Origin: Bacillota bacterium
GTDB lineage: Bacteria; Bacillota; Proteinivoracia; UBA4975
Assembly (NCBI GenBank): GCA_050949165.1
Contig: JBMNFF010000014.1
Coordinates: forward strand, 142,796-206,795
Length of the DNA stretch: 64,000 nucleotides
Direction: 5' to 3'
Below, one piece after another: positions 1 to 8,532 of the stretch (the stretch's first letter is position 1; each line of letters begins with the position of its first letter). The notes under the pieces are model-generated. The model saw only the letters and a list, made by a program, of their open reading frames with translations, searched no databases and was not told where the DNA came from. Position numbers and translations under genes: made by a program.

Positions 1-249
1 CAGGTCGGGCTTGTGCTGGGCGATCATCTCCAGAACCTGGGCCTTGGCGGCATCGATGTTCTCGTTAAACCAACTGTCTCCACAGATTACCGTGGCAACA
101 ATTTCTGCCGTCTCTCCCAGGATACCCTGGAGGGCCGTGCCCGGACCCACCGGCCCCTCCTTGCAGAAGGGGGGAGTATTGGCCTTTTCTTCGCCGCCCA
201 CCTGACCAAAGAACTGGTTGAGGTAATGGACAACGCGGTATTTGCTCAC
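1..249 (-). CDS. grdB: Glycine reductase selenoprotein B (GrdB), N-terminal 83 codons only; 3' part lies beyond window start
   Basis: Reverse strand reads GTG-SKYRVVHYLNQFFGQVGGEEKA, the conserved GrdB N-terminus. GGGGTGAGAG RBS upstream. Immediately follows grdA, as in known grd operons. Confidence 0.7.
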   Translation of the reverse strand, partial: MSKYRVVHYLNQFFGQVGGEEKANTPPFCKEGPVGPGTALQGILGETAEIVATVICGDSWFNENIDAAKAQVLEMIAQHKPDL

Positions 250-260
250 GCTCTCACCCC

Positions 261-722
261 CTAGTATTTGCTGTATTGCTCCCGATAAGTGGCGACTTCT
301 TTGATAATCTCATCGACGTCCAGGACCATTTCCATCATGCTGACCTGTTCGTCATACACCTGTTCGTCCACCAGGCTCTTGATGGGCTCTTCAAAGATAT
401 GGTATGCGGGGAGTCCCAACTGGACTCCAGCCAATGGACCTGCAAAGGTAGGATCGCCATTGCTCACGGTCTCGGCAGCCAGGCCGGAAGCTTCCGCTTC
501 GGCGCCACCCAGAACAACCACCAGGTTTTCCGGGCCATGCCTTTCTGCCAATTCCTTGATGCGAGCCTGGTTTTCCAGGTCCATTGCTCCTGCAGCAGTT
601 CAGACAAAGCATTCGGTGGTGGCGAATACTATCTCGCCGCCGAAGGACTTGACGCATTCCTCGATGGCCGGGCCGGGGACGCCGTCGCGGTCGCCGAGGA
701 TGATGAACTTCTTATCCTTCAC
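261..722 (-). CDS. grdA: Glycine reductase complex selenoprotein A (GrdA) with in-frame UGA (Sec) at 600..602
   Basis: Translation from GTG at 722 (GGAGGT RBS 6 nt upstream) gives [52 protein letters not shown]... This contains the GrdA CFVUTAAG selenocysteine motif. The six-frame track only reports the part after the UGA (261..584). Confidence 0.85.
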
Positions 723-767
723 GATTGTACCTCCTCTTTTTGATGTCATTTACTTCCCGACTTCCGA

Positions 768-2051
768 CTATATTTCCCGGGCTGACCTCTTGTTGTAGCC
801 CAATTCGTTGGTGGCACCGACGATGGCCTGAATCTCGACGGTGATGCTGCCGTCGGCGTGGAGGCTGCCGTCAAAGCCACCGGCTATTGTATCGGCCGGC
901 TTGTTGTCGCCGATGACCTTGGCCATGGGCGGCAAGGTGATGACCTGGTTGGCATTGCCGCCGCTGACTACGGCGTCGGCTAATGCGTCGGCATCGGCCA
1001 GGGACTGGGAAGCGCCGTCGCGGCCGGCATACTCGTCGGTGAGGATAACGGTCTTGATGCCCTTCTTTTCCAGCTTGGTGCAGTTCATGATCAGGTCGGT
1101 ATCGGGGTTGCCGAAGCCCTCCTCCGAGATAATGGCGCCATCCAGGCCCAGCATTTCTGCCAGCTTGGCAGTGAAATTAGAAGAGCGCTGCTTATCCTTC
1201 AGGGTGACGTTCTCGTTGGTGATGATGACTCCGACAAAGTTCAGGTCCCGGCCGTGGCGCTGGTAGAGGTCGTGAATTACCGGGTTGTTGAGATGATGGT
1301 AGGTCGTGTTCTTGTCACAGGCCGAGACGCAGTTGCCGCTGACAATGGCTCCGTCCATCACCTCGGTGGGGGAAAGCAGGGTGGGCAGGATTCGCTTGGC
1401 ATCCACCCCATAGACATATGTGTCGTGCAAGAGACCTTGACTTTGCAGCATGTAGACATAGGCCACCCGGGGCAGATCAGGGTAACGCTTTACCCCTTCG
1501 ACAAAATTCAGATGCTCATACTCTTCCCAGGAATCTACCTCTGCTCCCCGGGCCGCTTCAGCCAGGGCAACGGCGGCCTTATAGCCCACCATGCGCACAG
1601 CCGCTTCATGCTCATGCTGGCCGAGACCGGGAACTGGCTGACAGATTACCACCAGGTTGCAGGTCTCGGAAAAGGGGGTGTAATCTGCCCCCACCCCGGA
1701 CATGTCAATGATGCCTTCCTGGAAACCGACAATCTTGCCCACCGTCACCACGGCGGCGCCGCTGAGGACCAGGGTGGTCCCTTCGCCCACCATATCGACC
1801 TTGCTGACAAACCCGGGGAAGATGCCGCCGGGGCCCTCCAGCTTGAGGCGGGGCTCGATGACATCCTTGACGGGCATGATCCGGATGGACTCTCCCGGCC
1901 GGGCCAGGTCCAGCTCTATTGAGCTCAGGCGGTCATCGGCTACGGCCGCCAAAATCTCTTCCTTGTTGACATAGAGCACGCCCTGGCTTACCCGGGTCTC
2001 ATCTCCGAACTGGATATCTCTAATCTTGATGCGGCCAAGTCTAAGTTTCAT
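768..2051 (-). CDS. grdE: Glycine reductase component B proprotein (GrdE, alpha/beta subunits)
   Basis: 427 aa. Length and sequence typical of GrdE; sits between trxA and grdA. Confidence 0.8.
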   Translation of the reverse strand: MKLRLGRIKIRDIQFGDETRVSQGVLYVNKEEILAAVADDRLSSIELDLARPGESIRIMPVKDVIEPRLKLEGPGGIFPGFVSKVDMVGEGTTLVLSGAAVVTVGKIVGFQEGIIDMSGVGADYTPFSETCNLVVICQPVPGLGQHEHEAAVRMVGYKAAVALAEAARGAEVDSWEEYEHLNFVEGVKRYPDLPRVAYVYMLQSQGLLHDTYVYGVDAKRILPTLLSPTEVMDGAIVSGNCVSACDKNTTYHHLNNPVIHDLYQRHGRDLNFVGVIITNENVTLKDKQRSSNFTAKLAEMLGLDGAIISEEGFGNPDTDLIMNCTKLEKKGIKTVILTDEYAGRDGASQSLADADALADAVVSGGNANQVITLPPMAKVIGDNKPADTIAGGFDGSLHADGSITVEIQAIVGATNELGYNKRSAREI

Positions 2052-2065
2052 CCTTTCACCTCCAA

Positions 2066-2389
2066 TTAGGCGCCCAATTCCTTGAGCTTTGCCTCCACAT
2101 CCTCAATCTGAATATCCTGGGTCAATTCTGCAGCCTTCTCCCCATCCTTGTAGAAAATTATCGTGGGAAGACCCATGACCCTTTGACCGATGGCCAGGCG
2201 GCGGTTCTCCAGGATATTCAGCTTGGCGAACTTAACTGCGGGATAGCGGCCGGCCAATTCCTCGACATGGGGCATTAACTCCTTGCACGGTTCGCATTTA
2301 GGACTCCAATAGTCCACTACAACCAGACCTTGACTTTCTAACACCTCTGCGTCGAAGTTCTCCTTGCTGAGTTCTAACACGCTCTTCAC
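2066..2389 (-). CDS. trxA: Thioredoxin (grd-associated), atypical CEPC active site
   Basis: 107 aa thioredoxin fold with W-S-P-K-C-E-P-C-K motif; position between trxB and grdE. Confidence 0.75.
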   Translation of the reverse strand: MKSVLELSKENFDAEVLESQGLVVVDYWSPKCEPCKELMPHVEELAGRYPAVKFAKLNILENRRLAIGQRVMGLPTIIFYKDGEKAAELTQDIQIEDVEAKLKELGA

Positions 2390-2394
2390 CTCCC

Positions 2395-3627
2395 TTAAAG
2401 TAAAGTAATAAGTTCTGCCAGTGTTTTCGGAGAAATCTGCCCGGATACCCGGCCCAGCACCTCTCCGCCCTTTATCAGGAGGAGCGCGGGCATGTCTTGG
2501 ACGCCATAACGGCGGGCAATGCGTTGATTGCGGTACGTGTCTATCTTGACCAGGTCCAGCTTGGCTGAATTGGCAGCGGCGAATTCCTCCACCGCCGGCA
2601 CCGCTGCCAGACTGCCTTCATGGAAGGGACTCCAAAACATGATGGCCACTGGCTTTGCCTTATCCAGCACTTCTCTGCGGAAGTTTTCCTCTTCGTTGAT
2701 ATACTTCTCGGCGGCAACGGCAGCAATGGCGCCGTCGGCGGTGGCGGTGACCACCTGCCGGAGGAACTTCTGCCGCACATCGCCCACGGCGTATACGCCG
2801 TCCACCGAAGTTTCCATGAGATCTGTGGTGGGTATGTATCCCCTTTGGTCCAGGTCGACCTTGCCCCGAAGGAATTCGGTTTTGGGCACCGTGCCCACGA
2901 AGATAAAGACGCCGTCAGTCTCCAGATCTCGCACTTCGCCGGTTTTGAGGTTCTTGACGGCAACTGCCTCTACGATTCCATCGCCCTTTATTTCTTCCAA
3001 TACCGAGTTCCAGACCCAGTGAATCTTTTCATTGGCGAAGGCCCGCTCCTGGATGACCTTGGTGGCGTCCAACACGCCTTCATCGTGGATGACGACGATG
3101 GTAACCTTGGCGGCAAAGCGGGTGAGGTAGATGGCTTCTTCAATGGCAGCATCGCCGTTACCTACCACCACCACGTTTAATTCCTCGTAGAAGTCGGCAT
3201 CGCAGGTGGCGCAGTAGGAAACCCCCTTGCCCTTGAGCTCTGCTTCGCCCTTTACCCCTAAACTCCGGGGTTCGGCGCCGGTGGCGATGATGACCGCCTT
3301 GGCGGTGTAGCGGCCCTTCTTGGTGGTTACGACCTTTTCCCAGCCCTCCAGCTCCAAATCCACCACTTCATCCTTGCAGAGCTGGCAGCCAAAGTGCTGG
3401 GCGTGCTCATACATCGTCTGGGTGAGCTGGGGCCCTGTGGTCCCCCGGAAAAAACCCGGGTAATTCTCCATCTCCTCTGTGCTGGCCGCCTGGCCCCCTA
3501 TCCTGCCCTTTTCGATGATAAGGGTGTTGAGTTTGGACCGGGAAGCATAGATCCCCGCCGCCAGGCCGCCGGGACCTCCACCTATGATGATGATGTCATG
3601 AGAACTCATACCGACACTCCTCTCCAA
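2395..3627 (-). CDS. trxB: Thioredoxin reductase (TrxB) fused to a C-terminal cysteine-free thioredoxin-like domain
   Basis: N-terminus has the IIGGGPGG FAD motif, the CATCDA redox-active disulfide and the GNGDAA NADPH motif. The C-terminal ~100 aa resembles the adjacent TrxA (WSP..., LPTII/ALLLIK) but has no Cys. Confidence 0.8.
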   Translation of the reverse strand: MERSVGMSSHDIIIIGGGPGGLAAGIYASRSKLNTLIIEKGRIGGQAASTEEMENYPGFFRGTTGPQLTQTMYEHAQHFGCQLCKDEVVDLELEGWEKVVTTKKGRYTAKAVIIATGAEPRSLGVKGEAELKGKGVSYCATCDADFYEELNVVVVGNGDAAIEEAIYLTRFAAKVTIVVIHDEGVLDATKVIQERAFANEKIHWVWNSVLEEIKGDGIVEAVAVKNLKTGEVRDLETDGVFIFVGTVPKTEFLRGKVDLDQRGYIPTTDLMETSVDGVYAVGDVRQKFLRQVVTATADGAIAAVAAEKYINEEENFRREVLDKAKPVAIMFWSPFHEGSLAAVPAVEEFAAANSAKLDLVKIDTYRNQRIARRYGVQDMPALLLIKGGEVLGRVSGQISPKTLAELITLL

Positions 3628-3994
3628 TTATCTTAAAGGCATCCTTGGACATTTCCAGATCAATCAGCTGCAGATCTGCCAAGACCTGCCGGCTGCCGCC
3701 AGGAAAGGAGCCCAGTTTATTTGCCGTAGCGATGGCCCCTTCCAGCACCCGCAGGGACAGATAATCCAAACTGGTTCCCCGGGCCAGGATCAAGGTCTTG
3801 TATGGAGTCTGGTTGGGCTTGATACTGGAAGCCAGGGGATGGTTCAGCAGGCGCCACCCCAGGTGGACCCTGTCCCTGGCCGCCACCAATACGTCGGACA
3901 AGCCGCCCCCATGCCAGAGAACGTGTATATGATTGCTTTCTCTTTTGCCCCAGTGTTCAAAGGCCAGGGGGTTGTTGGTGAGCACCCGGAACAT
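3596..3994 (-). CDS. grdX: Glycine reductase complex protein GrdX
   Basis: MFRVLTNNPLAFEHW... matches GrdX. The internal ATG at 3994 has a GGAGGTG RBS. The longer track ORF (to 4096) would overlap the riboswitch and is rejected. Confidence 0.7.
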   Translation of the reverse strand: MFRVLTNNPLAFEHWGKRESNHIHVLWHGGGLSDVLVAARDRVHLGWRLLNHPLASSIKPNQTPYKTLILARGTSLDYLSLRVLEGAIATANKLGSFPGGSRQVLADLQLIDLEMSKDAFKIIGEECRYEFS

Positions 3995-4007
3995 CTCTTC
4001 ACCTCCA

Positions 4008-4216
4008 AAATAAAAAGACAGCGAACGTAGCCGCTGTCTCTGTCCTGTGACCTGAGAGATTCGCCCGGCAAAGGGCTTTGCTCCGTCGGTGTCCAAAAGA
4101 CTTTCCAGAGTTGCATCGGAACACGGTCCTTTTACCTGAGAGTTTATCTAGCAGCTGGCCAGCTGCCAATTTGCTCCTTCGGTGTCCCCTCTCTCAAGGG
4201 TCCTCTCCCGCATCCG
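4008..4216 (-). promoter_or_regulatory. Tandem glycine riboswitch (two aptamers) with intrinsic-terminator expression platform, leader of the grd operon
   Basis: Minus-strand aptamer 1 (~4122..4216) reads GGGAGAGG...ACACCGAAGGAGCAA...CUCUCAGGUAAAAGGACCG. Aptamer 2 (~4036..4112) reads CUCUGGAAAG...ACACCGACGGAGCAA...CUCUCAGGUCACAGGACAG. The terminator hairpin GACAGCG-N8-CGCUGUC plus U-run (4008..4038) overlaps the 3' side of aptamer 2, giving an ON-switch architecture. Confidence 0.75.
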
Positions 4217-4264
4217 TCATCTGCCGGTATTCGGTTGTGAAAAAGATAACTTTCCCTTATCCAA

Positions 4265-4294
4265 ATTATACAACATTATCCTGCCAATTGCTCA
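4265..4294 (-). promoter_or_regulatory. Putative sigma-A promoter for riboswitch/grd operon (extended -10 TGtTATAAT, -35 TGAGCA, 18-nt spacer)
   Basis: Minus-strand sequence TGAGCA-N18-TATAAT with upstream TG; ~40 nt upstream of aptamer 1. Confidence 0.4.
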
Positions 4295-4779
4295 TAGATA
4301 TTCTTATCTGTTCCATAAGGAAGGTTAATACCCCGTCCGGGCCTTCCAGGACCAGGGCAACTGGCACGACTTGGACCATTCCTCCCGCCTCTCCGCCCAT
4401 AAGGCGAATATCTACAATGGGATGGACGGTGATTCCCCCCACCTCCTTGCCGGCCAGGGTTATAAATTCCGCTGATAAATACAAAAAATGCCACCCCCTC
4501 AGGGGTAGTATGTCCATTTGCTCCGGGTAAATGAGTGCCCTCAGTCCCAGTGAGCAACCTCCCTTAGCCACCCAACCAGGACAGCTTCTAAGCAAGAGAA
4601 AATCCCCGGCAGGGCGCCGGCGAAGTTCTCCCCCGGGGATTCTCCCTGGCCATGGGCTGTCTGGTTCACCTGCTGAGATCTACATAGAAAATTCCCTTTA
4701 CTTATCCCCGGGAAAAAGAGGAATGATTATCCCGTTGGTGAATTTTACTTTTAGGTATTAATAGAGGGAGGAAACTCGA

Positions 4780-5601
4780 ATGATAGAATTTCCCGAGGCC
4801 ATTGTTTTGGCAAAGCAAATCCGGCTGAGCCTGGTGGGAAAGGAAGTTGTAGCGGTTACGGCAGCCCACTCCCCCCACAAGTTCGCCTGGTATCGCGGAG
4901 ACCCCAATGGGTATGGCGCCCTTCTGACGGGAGTACAGATTGAGGCGGCCCGACCTTACGGCGGGTTGGTGGAAATCCAGGCGGGGGACGTTTACCTGGT
5001 CTTCGGCGAAGGAACGTCTTTGGCTTACTTGGAACCGGGGGTCGCGAGGCCGCAAAAGCATCAGCTGCTGCTGGAATTTGCCGACGGTTCTGCCCTGGTA
5101 GCTTCGGTTCAGATGTACGGGGGATTATGGGCCTTCAGAGATGGTGATTTTGCCAACCCCTATTATCATATTGCCCGGGAGAAGCCCTCTCCCCTGGCGG
5201 AGGAATTCAGCCTGCACTACTTCCAGTCCCTGGCCCGGGGAGCCGGTAAAGTCAGCGCCAAGGCCTTTTTGGCCACCGAGCAACGGGTACCCGGCCTGGG
5301 CAATGGCGTCCTTCAGGACATTCTCTATAACGCCAGAATCCACCCCAAGCGAAAACTGGACACCCTCTCCGAGGCAGAGTATGAGGGGTTATACAAGTCC
5401 GTCCGCGCCACCCTCAGGCAAATGGCCGAACAGGGGGGAAGGGATACGGAAAAGGACTTGTATGGACAAGCCGGGGGGTACCCCACAATCATGAGCAAGA
5501 AAAATATCGCCAACCCCTGCCCTTCCTGTGGGGGGACCATCAAAAAGGAGGCCTATTTGGGAGGCAGCGTGTATTATTGTCCCAGTTGTCAAGGACTTTA
5601 G
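4780..5601 (+). CDS. Fpg/Nei-family DNA glycosylase paralog (H2TH + C4 zinc finger), Ile instead of Pro at position 2
   Basis: N-terminal MIEFPEA.. fold, H2TH motif LYNARIHPKRK, C-terminal CPSCG...CPSCQ zinc finger. Confidence 0.65.
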   Translation: MIEFPEAIVLAKQIRLSLVGKEVVAVTAAHSPHKFAWYRGDPNGYGALLTGVQIEAARPYGGLVEIQAGDVYLVFGEGTSLAYLEPGVARPQKHQLLLEFADGSALVASVQMYGGLWAFRDGDFANPYYHIAREKPSPLAEEFSLHYFQSLARGAGKVSAKAFLATEQRVPGLGNGVLQDILYNARIHPKRKLDTLSEAEYEGLYKSVRATLRQMAEQGGRDTEKDLYGQAGGYPTIMSKKNIANPCPSCGGTIKKEAYLGGSVYYCPSCQGL

Positions 5602-5626
5602 CGTCGCCTTGGCGGAAAGGAGGATA

Positions 5627-6490
5627 ATGGTGGAAAGCAAGGATAGGGCTCAGTACTTTGCCAGTAAGTACCCCGGCAAAATCACTTTTGCCGGAGCCAA
5701 GCACAGCCGCATCAAGCAGGTGGAGCATCTGCTCAACAACACCAAGCCCAATCCCCGGGGACTGGCAGTAATCGAGGGCCTTTGGGCCCTGGGCCTGGCC
5801 CTGAAGAACCGGCTTTCTGTAGACTGCTTCATCTTCTGCCCCGAGCTGATTCGGACCCCCGAGGGCGAGGCCATGGTGGATGCCTATGTCCGGCAGGGCG
5901 GAGATTGCTGCCTGGTCTCAGCCAGGGTCTTCGGCAGCATCAGCGAGCGGGAGCGGGGTGATGGCCTGCTGGCTGTCGTCGAGATGCCAAGAGTTGAGCT
6001 GGACGACATACCCCTTTCAGACAACAGCCTGGTAGTAATTTTAGACAGCTTGGAGATACCCGGCAATATCGGGACGATAATCCGCGCTGCCGACGGCGCC
6101 GGAGTGGCCGGCGTCCTCATCGTCAATCGCAAGGCCCGGCTGAATCACCCTAAACTGGTGCGCAGCAGTCAGGGTGCGGCTTTCTCAGTGCCCATCGTCG
6201 AATGCCAACCGGATCAGGCCTTCGTCTGGTTGGATAAAAACGGTTTTACGGTGTTCCTCACCGATACCAAGGCTGAGCTGGACTACTTCCAGGCAAGTTT
6301 CCGTGGCCGCACCGCCCTGGTAGCAGGCAGTGAGAGATATGGAATCTCCCAAGCCTGGTATTCCCTGCCCCACATCAAGATTCGCATTCCCATGTACGGC
6401 GATTGCGATTCCCTCAATGTGGGGGTGGCCACCACCATCATGCTCTATGAGGCCAGTCTACAGCTAAAGGGGAGAATCATCCGCCGCTAG
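5627..6490 (+). CDS. TrmH/SpoU-family RNA 2'-O-methyltransferase
   Basis: SpoU methylase motifs (LDSLEIPGNIGTIIRAADGAG, SLNVGVATTIMLYE). Start at ATG 5627 with AAGGAGG RBS, not the upstream track start. Confidence 0.75.
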   Translation: MVESKDRAQYFASKYPGKITFAGAKHSRIKQVEHLLNNTKPNPRGLAVIEGLWALGLALKNRLSVDCFIFCPELIRTPEGEAMVDAYVRQGGDCCLVSARVFGSISERERGDGLLAVVEMPRVELDDIPLSDNSLVVILDSLEIPGNIGTIIRAADGAGVAGVLIVNRKARLNHPKLVRSSQGAAFSVPIVECQPDQAFVWLDKNGFTVFLTDTKAELDYFQASFRGRTALVAGSERYGISQAWYSLPHIKIRIPMYGDCDSLNVGVATTIMLYEASLQLKGRIIRR

Positions 6491-6567
6491 GGCGGCTTTT
6501 TTATCCTTCTCAGCATGAGATTGCAGGCAGAAGATGTTATAATGGCAGACAAAGGGGGAATCGCGAC

Positions 6568-7380
6568 TTGAAATACCTCAAATTGCTTGGCTGGTTGGCC
6601 CTCTATTTTGCCATCTACCTGTGTTCAACCCTTGTAGGGGGAATGGTCTTGGCAGGGGCGTACTTTATCAGCTCACTGCTGGCTGGCCGCTTCTTGCCCA
6701 TGGATGCGTATATGGCCAGCAACCTGACCGTATCGTTGATCATCGCCGCCGTCCTCACCCTGGTCTGCGGCTATTTCGTCTTGCTGATTCGGGGCTATAA
6801 GCCCCTGGAGTATCTTAAGTTTCGCGCCATGCCCGCCAAGCATACAGCCCTCATGGCCCTGATGGGTGCCAGCTTCGCAGTCTTTGTCAACAGCTTCCTG
6901 ACCCTGATTCAAGTTGATCGCTTTTTGCCGGACTATGTTTCCCACCCCCTGGTGGAAATGATAACTGCCAACCTGCCCCTGACCTTCCTGGCCATCGGGA
7001 TTTTCGTCCCTGTTTATGAGGAGTTCCTGGTCAGGGGGCTGATGTTTAAAGAGCTGAAGAGAAATATCAATTTTAAGGTAGCCCTGGTCCTGCAGGGCCT
7101 GATCTTTGGCCTCATGCACGGGAATGTCCTCCAGTTCAGCTACGCCTTTCCCATGGGCGTGCTCCTGGGCTATATCTATACCAAGTACCAGTCCCTCTGG
7201 GCGCCCATCCTCATCCATCTGGTCTGGAATTCCTCCAGCCTGCTGATGGGGGCCACAATGCCCGAGGGCGTGAGTTTCGAGACTTTTCTGCTCTTGATGT
7301 CCCTGAGCGGCCTCGTCTTTGTGGGGGGCATTGTCTATTCCATCAAGCTTCCCGCCGCCTCTCCGGAACAACTGGCCTGA
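6568..7380 (+). CDS. CPBP-family intramembrane metalloprotease (CAAX protease-like)
   Basis: Polytopic membrane protein with EEFLVRG, FGLMHGN motifs. Confidence 0.7.
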   Translation: MKYLKLLGWLALYFAIYLCSTLVGGMVLAGAYFISSLLAGRFLPMDAYMASNLTVSLIIAAVLTLVCGYFVLLIRGYKPLEYLKFRAMPAKHTALMALMGASFAVFVNSFLTLIQVDRFLPDYVSHPLVEMITANLPLTFLAIGIFVPVYEEFLVRGLMFKELKRNINFKVALVLQGLIFGLMHGNVLQFSYAFPMGVLLGYIYTKYQSLWAPILIHLVWNSSSLLMGATMPEGVSFETFLLLMSLSGLVFVGGIVYSIKLPAASPEQLA

Positions 7381-7480
7381 ATTGAGCTGCCCCCGCCGCC
7401 TTTTCTCAAAATGGGATAAACTAGTACCCCTGACAGAGCGGGCAAATCCGCCCCGTCATTTCGAGACTAAGGGTGATACC

Positions 7481-8500
7481 ATGTCTTACCAGACCAGAAT
7501 TCTTGCCAGCGCAGAACTTCCCGTTGCCGTCAGCCTGTTGCAGCAGGGAGAATGCGTCGCCTTCCCCACCGAAACAGTTTACGGCCTGGGTGCCAACGCC
7601 CTGGACCCAGAGGCTGTGGCCAAGATCTTTCGGGCCAAGGGGCGCCCCGCCGATAACCCCCTCATCGTCCACTGCCACAGCCAGGACCAGGTCTGGGATC
7701 TGGTCCAGAGCTGGCCCCGGGAAGCCCAAATCCTCATGGACAAGTTTTGGCCGGGCCCCCTCACCCTGGTATTGCCCAAGAAACCGCTGATCCCCTCGGT
7801 GGTTACCGGGGGTTTGGCCACTGTGGCAGTGCGCATTCCCAGCCATCCCCTGGCCTTGAGCTTAATCAGGAGCGCAGACTTGCCCCTGGCCGCCCCCAGC
7901 GCCAACCTCTCGGGCAAACCCAGTCCCACCCAGGCAGAGCATGTCTGGCAGGACCTGGCGGGGAAAATCCCGGCAATCCTCGATGGCGGTCCCACCGGTT
8001 GGGGAGTGGAGTCCACCGTCCTGGACTGCACCACTTACCCCTTCCGCCTCCTGAGACCCGGGGGAGTTACTCTGGAAGAATTGCAGGAATTAGTAGCCGT
8101 TGATATCGCCACCCATCAGTATGGCTCTGCCGAAATCCCTCCCTCCCCGGGCATGAAGTACAAGCACTATTCCCCAGCCGCCCGGGTCGTCTTGGTGGTA
8201 GGCAAGAACATCCCGCAAGGGATTAACGACCAAGTTGAGGAATGTCGCCGCCTGGGCCTGAAGGTGGCCGTCATGGCCTGGGAGGAGTACCGACAAGACT
8301 ACCCCGACCTCACCTTTCTCTCCCTGGGCAAAGCAGGCAATTACAGCGCTGCAGCAGCCAGGGTCTATCAGCTGCTGCGCCGGGCCGACCAGGAGAATTG
8401 CGATGTCATCCTCGTCCACGGTTTGCCCCAGCAGAACCTGGGAATGGCAATAATGAACCGGCTCCAGAAAGCAGCCGGTCCCAACATAATCCATACCTGA
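7481..8500 (+). CDS. tsaC: L-threonylcarbamoyladenylate synthase (Sua5/TsaC/YwlC family)
   Basis: FPTETVYGLGANALDPEAVAKIFRAKGRPADNPLIVH motif plus Sua5 C-terminal domain. ATG at 7481 with RBS; upstream track extension rejected. Confidence 0.8.
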   Translation: MSYQTRILASAELPVAVSLLQQGECVAFPTETVYGLGANALDPEAVAKIFRAKGRPADNPLIVHCHSQDQVWDLVQSWPREAQILMDKFWPGPLTLVLPKKPLIPSVVTGGLATVAVRIPSHPLALSLIRSADLPLAAPSANLSGKPSPTQAEHVWQDLAGKIPAILDGGPTGWGVESTVLDCTTYPFRLLRPGGVTLEELQELVAVDIATHQYGSAEIPPSPGMKYKHYSPAARVVLVVGKNIPQGINDQVEECRRLGLKVAVMAWEEYRQDYPDLTFLSLGKAGNYSAAAARVYQLLRRADQENCDVILVHGLPQQNLGMAIMNRLQKAAGPNIIHT

Positions 8501-8532
8501 AAGCGGCGCCATCCTCGGCGCCGCGTCATTTT

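Noticed and set aside
3995-4096. N-terminal 34-codon extension of the grdX ORF in the track
   Set aside because: Overlaps aptamer 2 and the terminator of the glycine riboswitch; internal ATG at 3994 has a GGAGGTG RBS and matches GrdX N-terminus.
4336-4400. GGCGGAGAGG… segment resembling a third glycine aptamer
   Set aside because: Lies upstream of the predicted promoter and lacks the CCGAAGGAGCAA and CUCUCAGG…AAAGGAC blocks; probably chance similarity.
4478-4512. ACCCCUGAGGGGGU hairpin next to an A/T-run upstream of the grd promoter
   Set aside because: On the minus strand the A-run (poly-T template) precedes rather than follows the hairpin, and no upstream minus-strand gene exists; plus-strand reading lacks a T-run. 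Treated as incidental structure/UP-element region.
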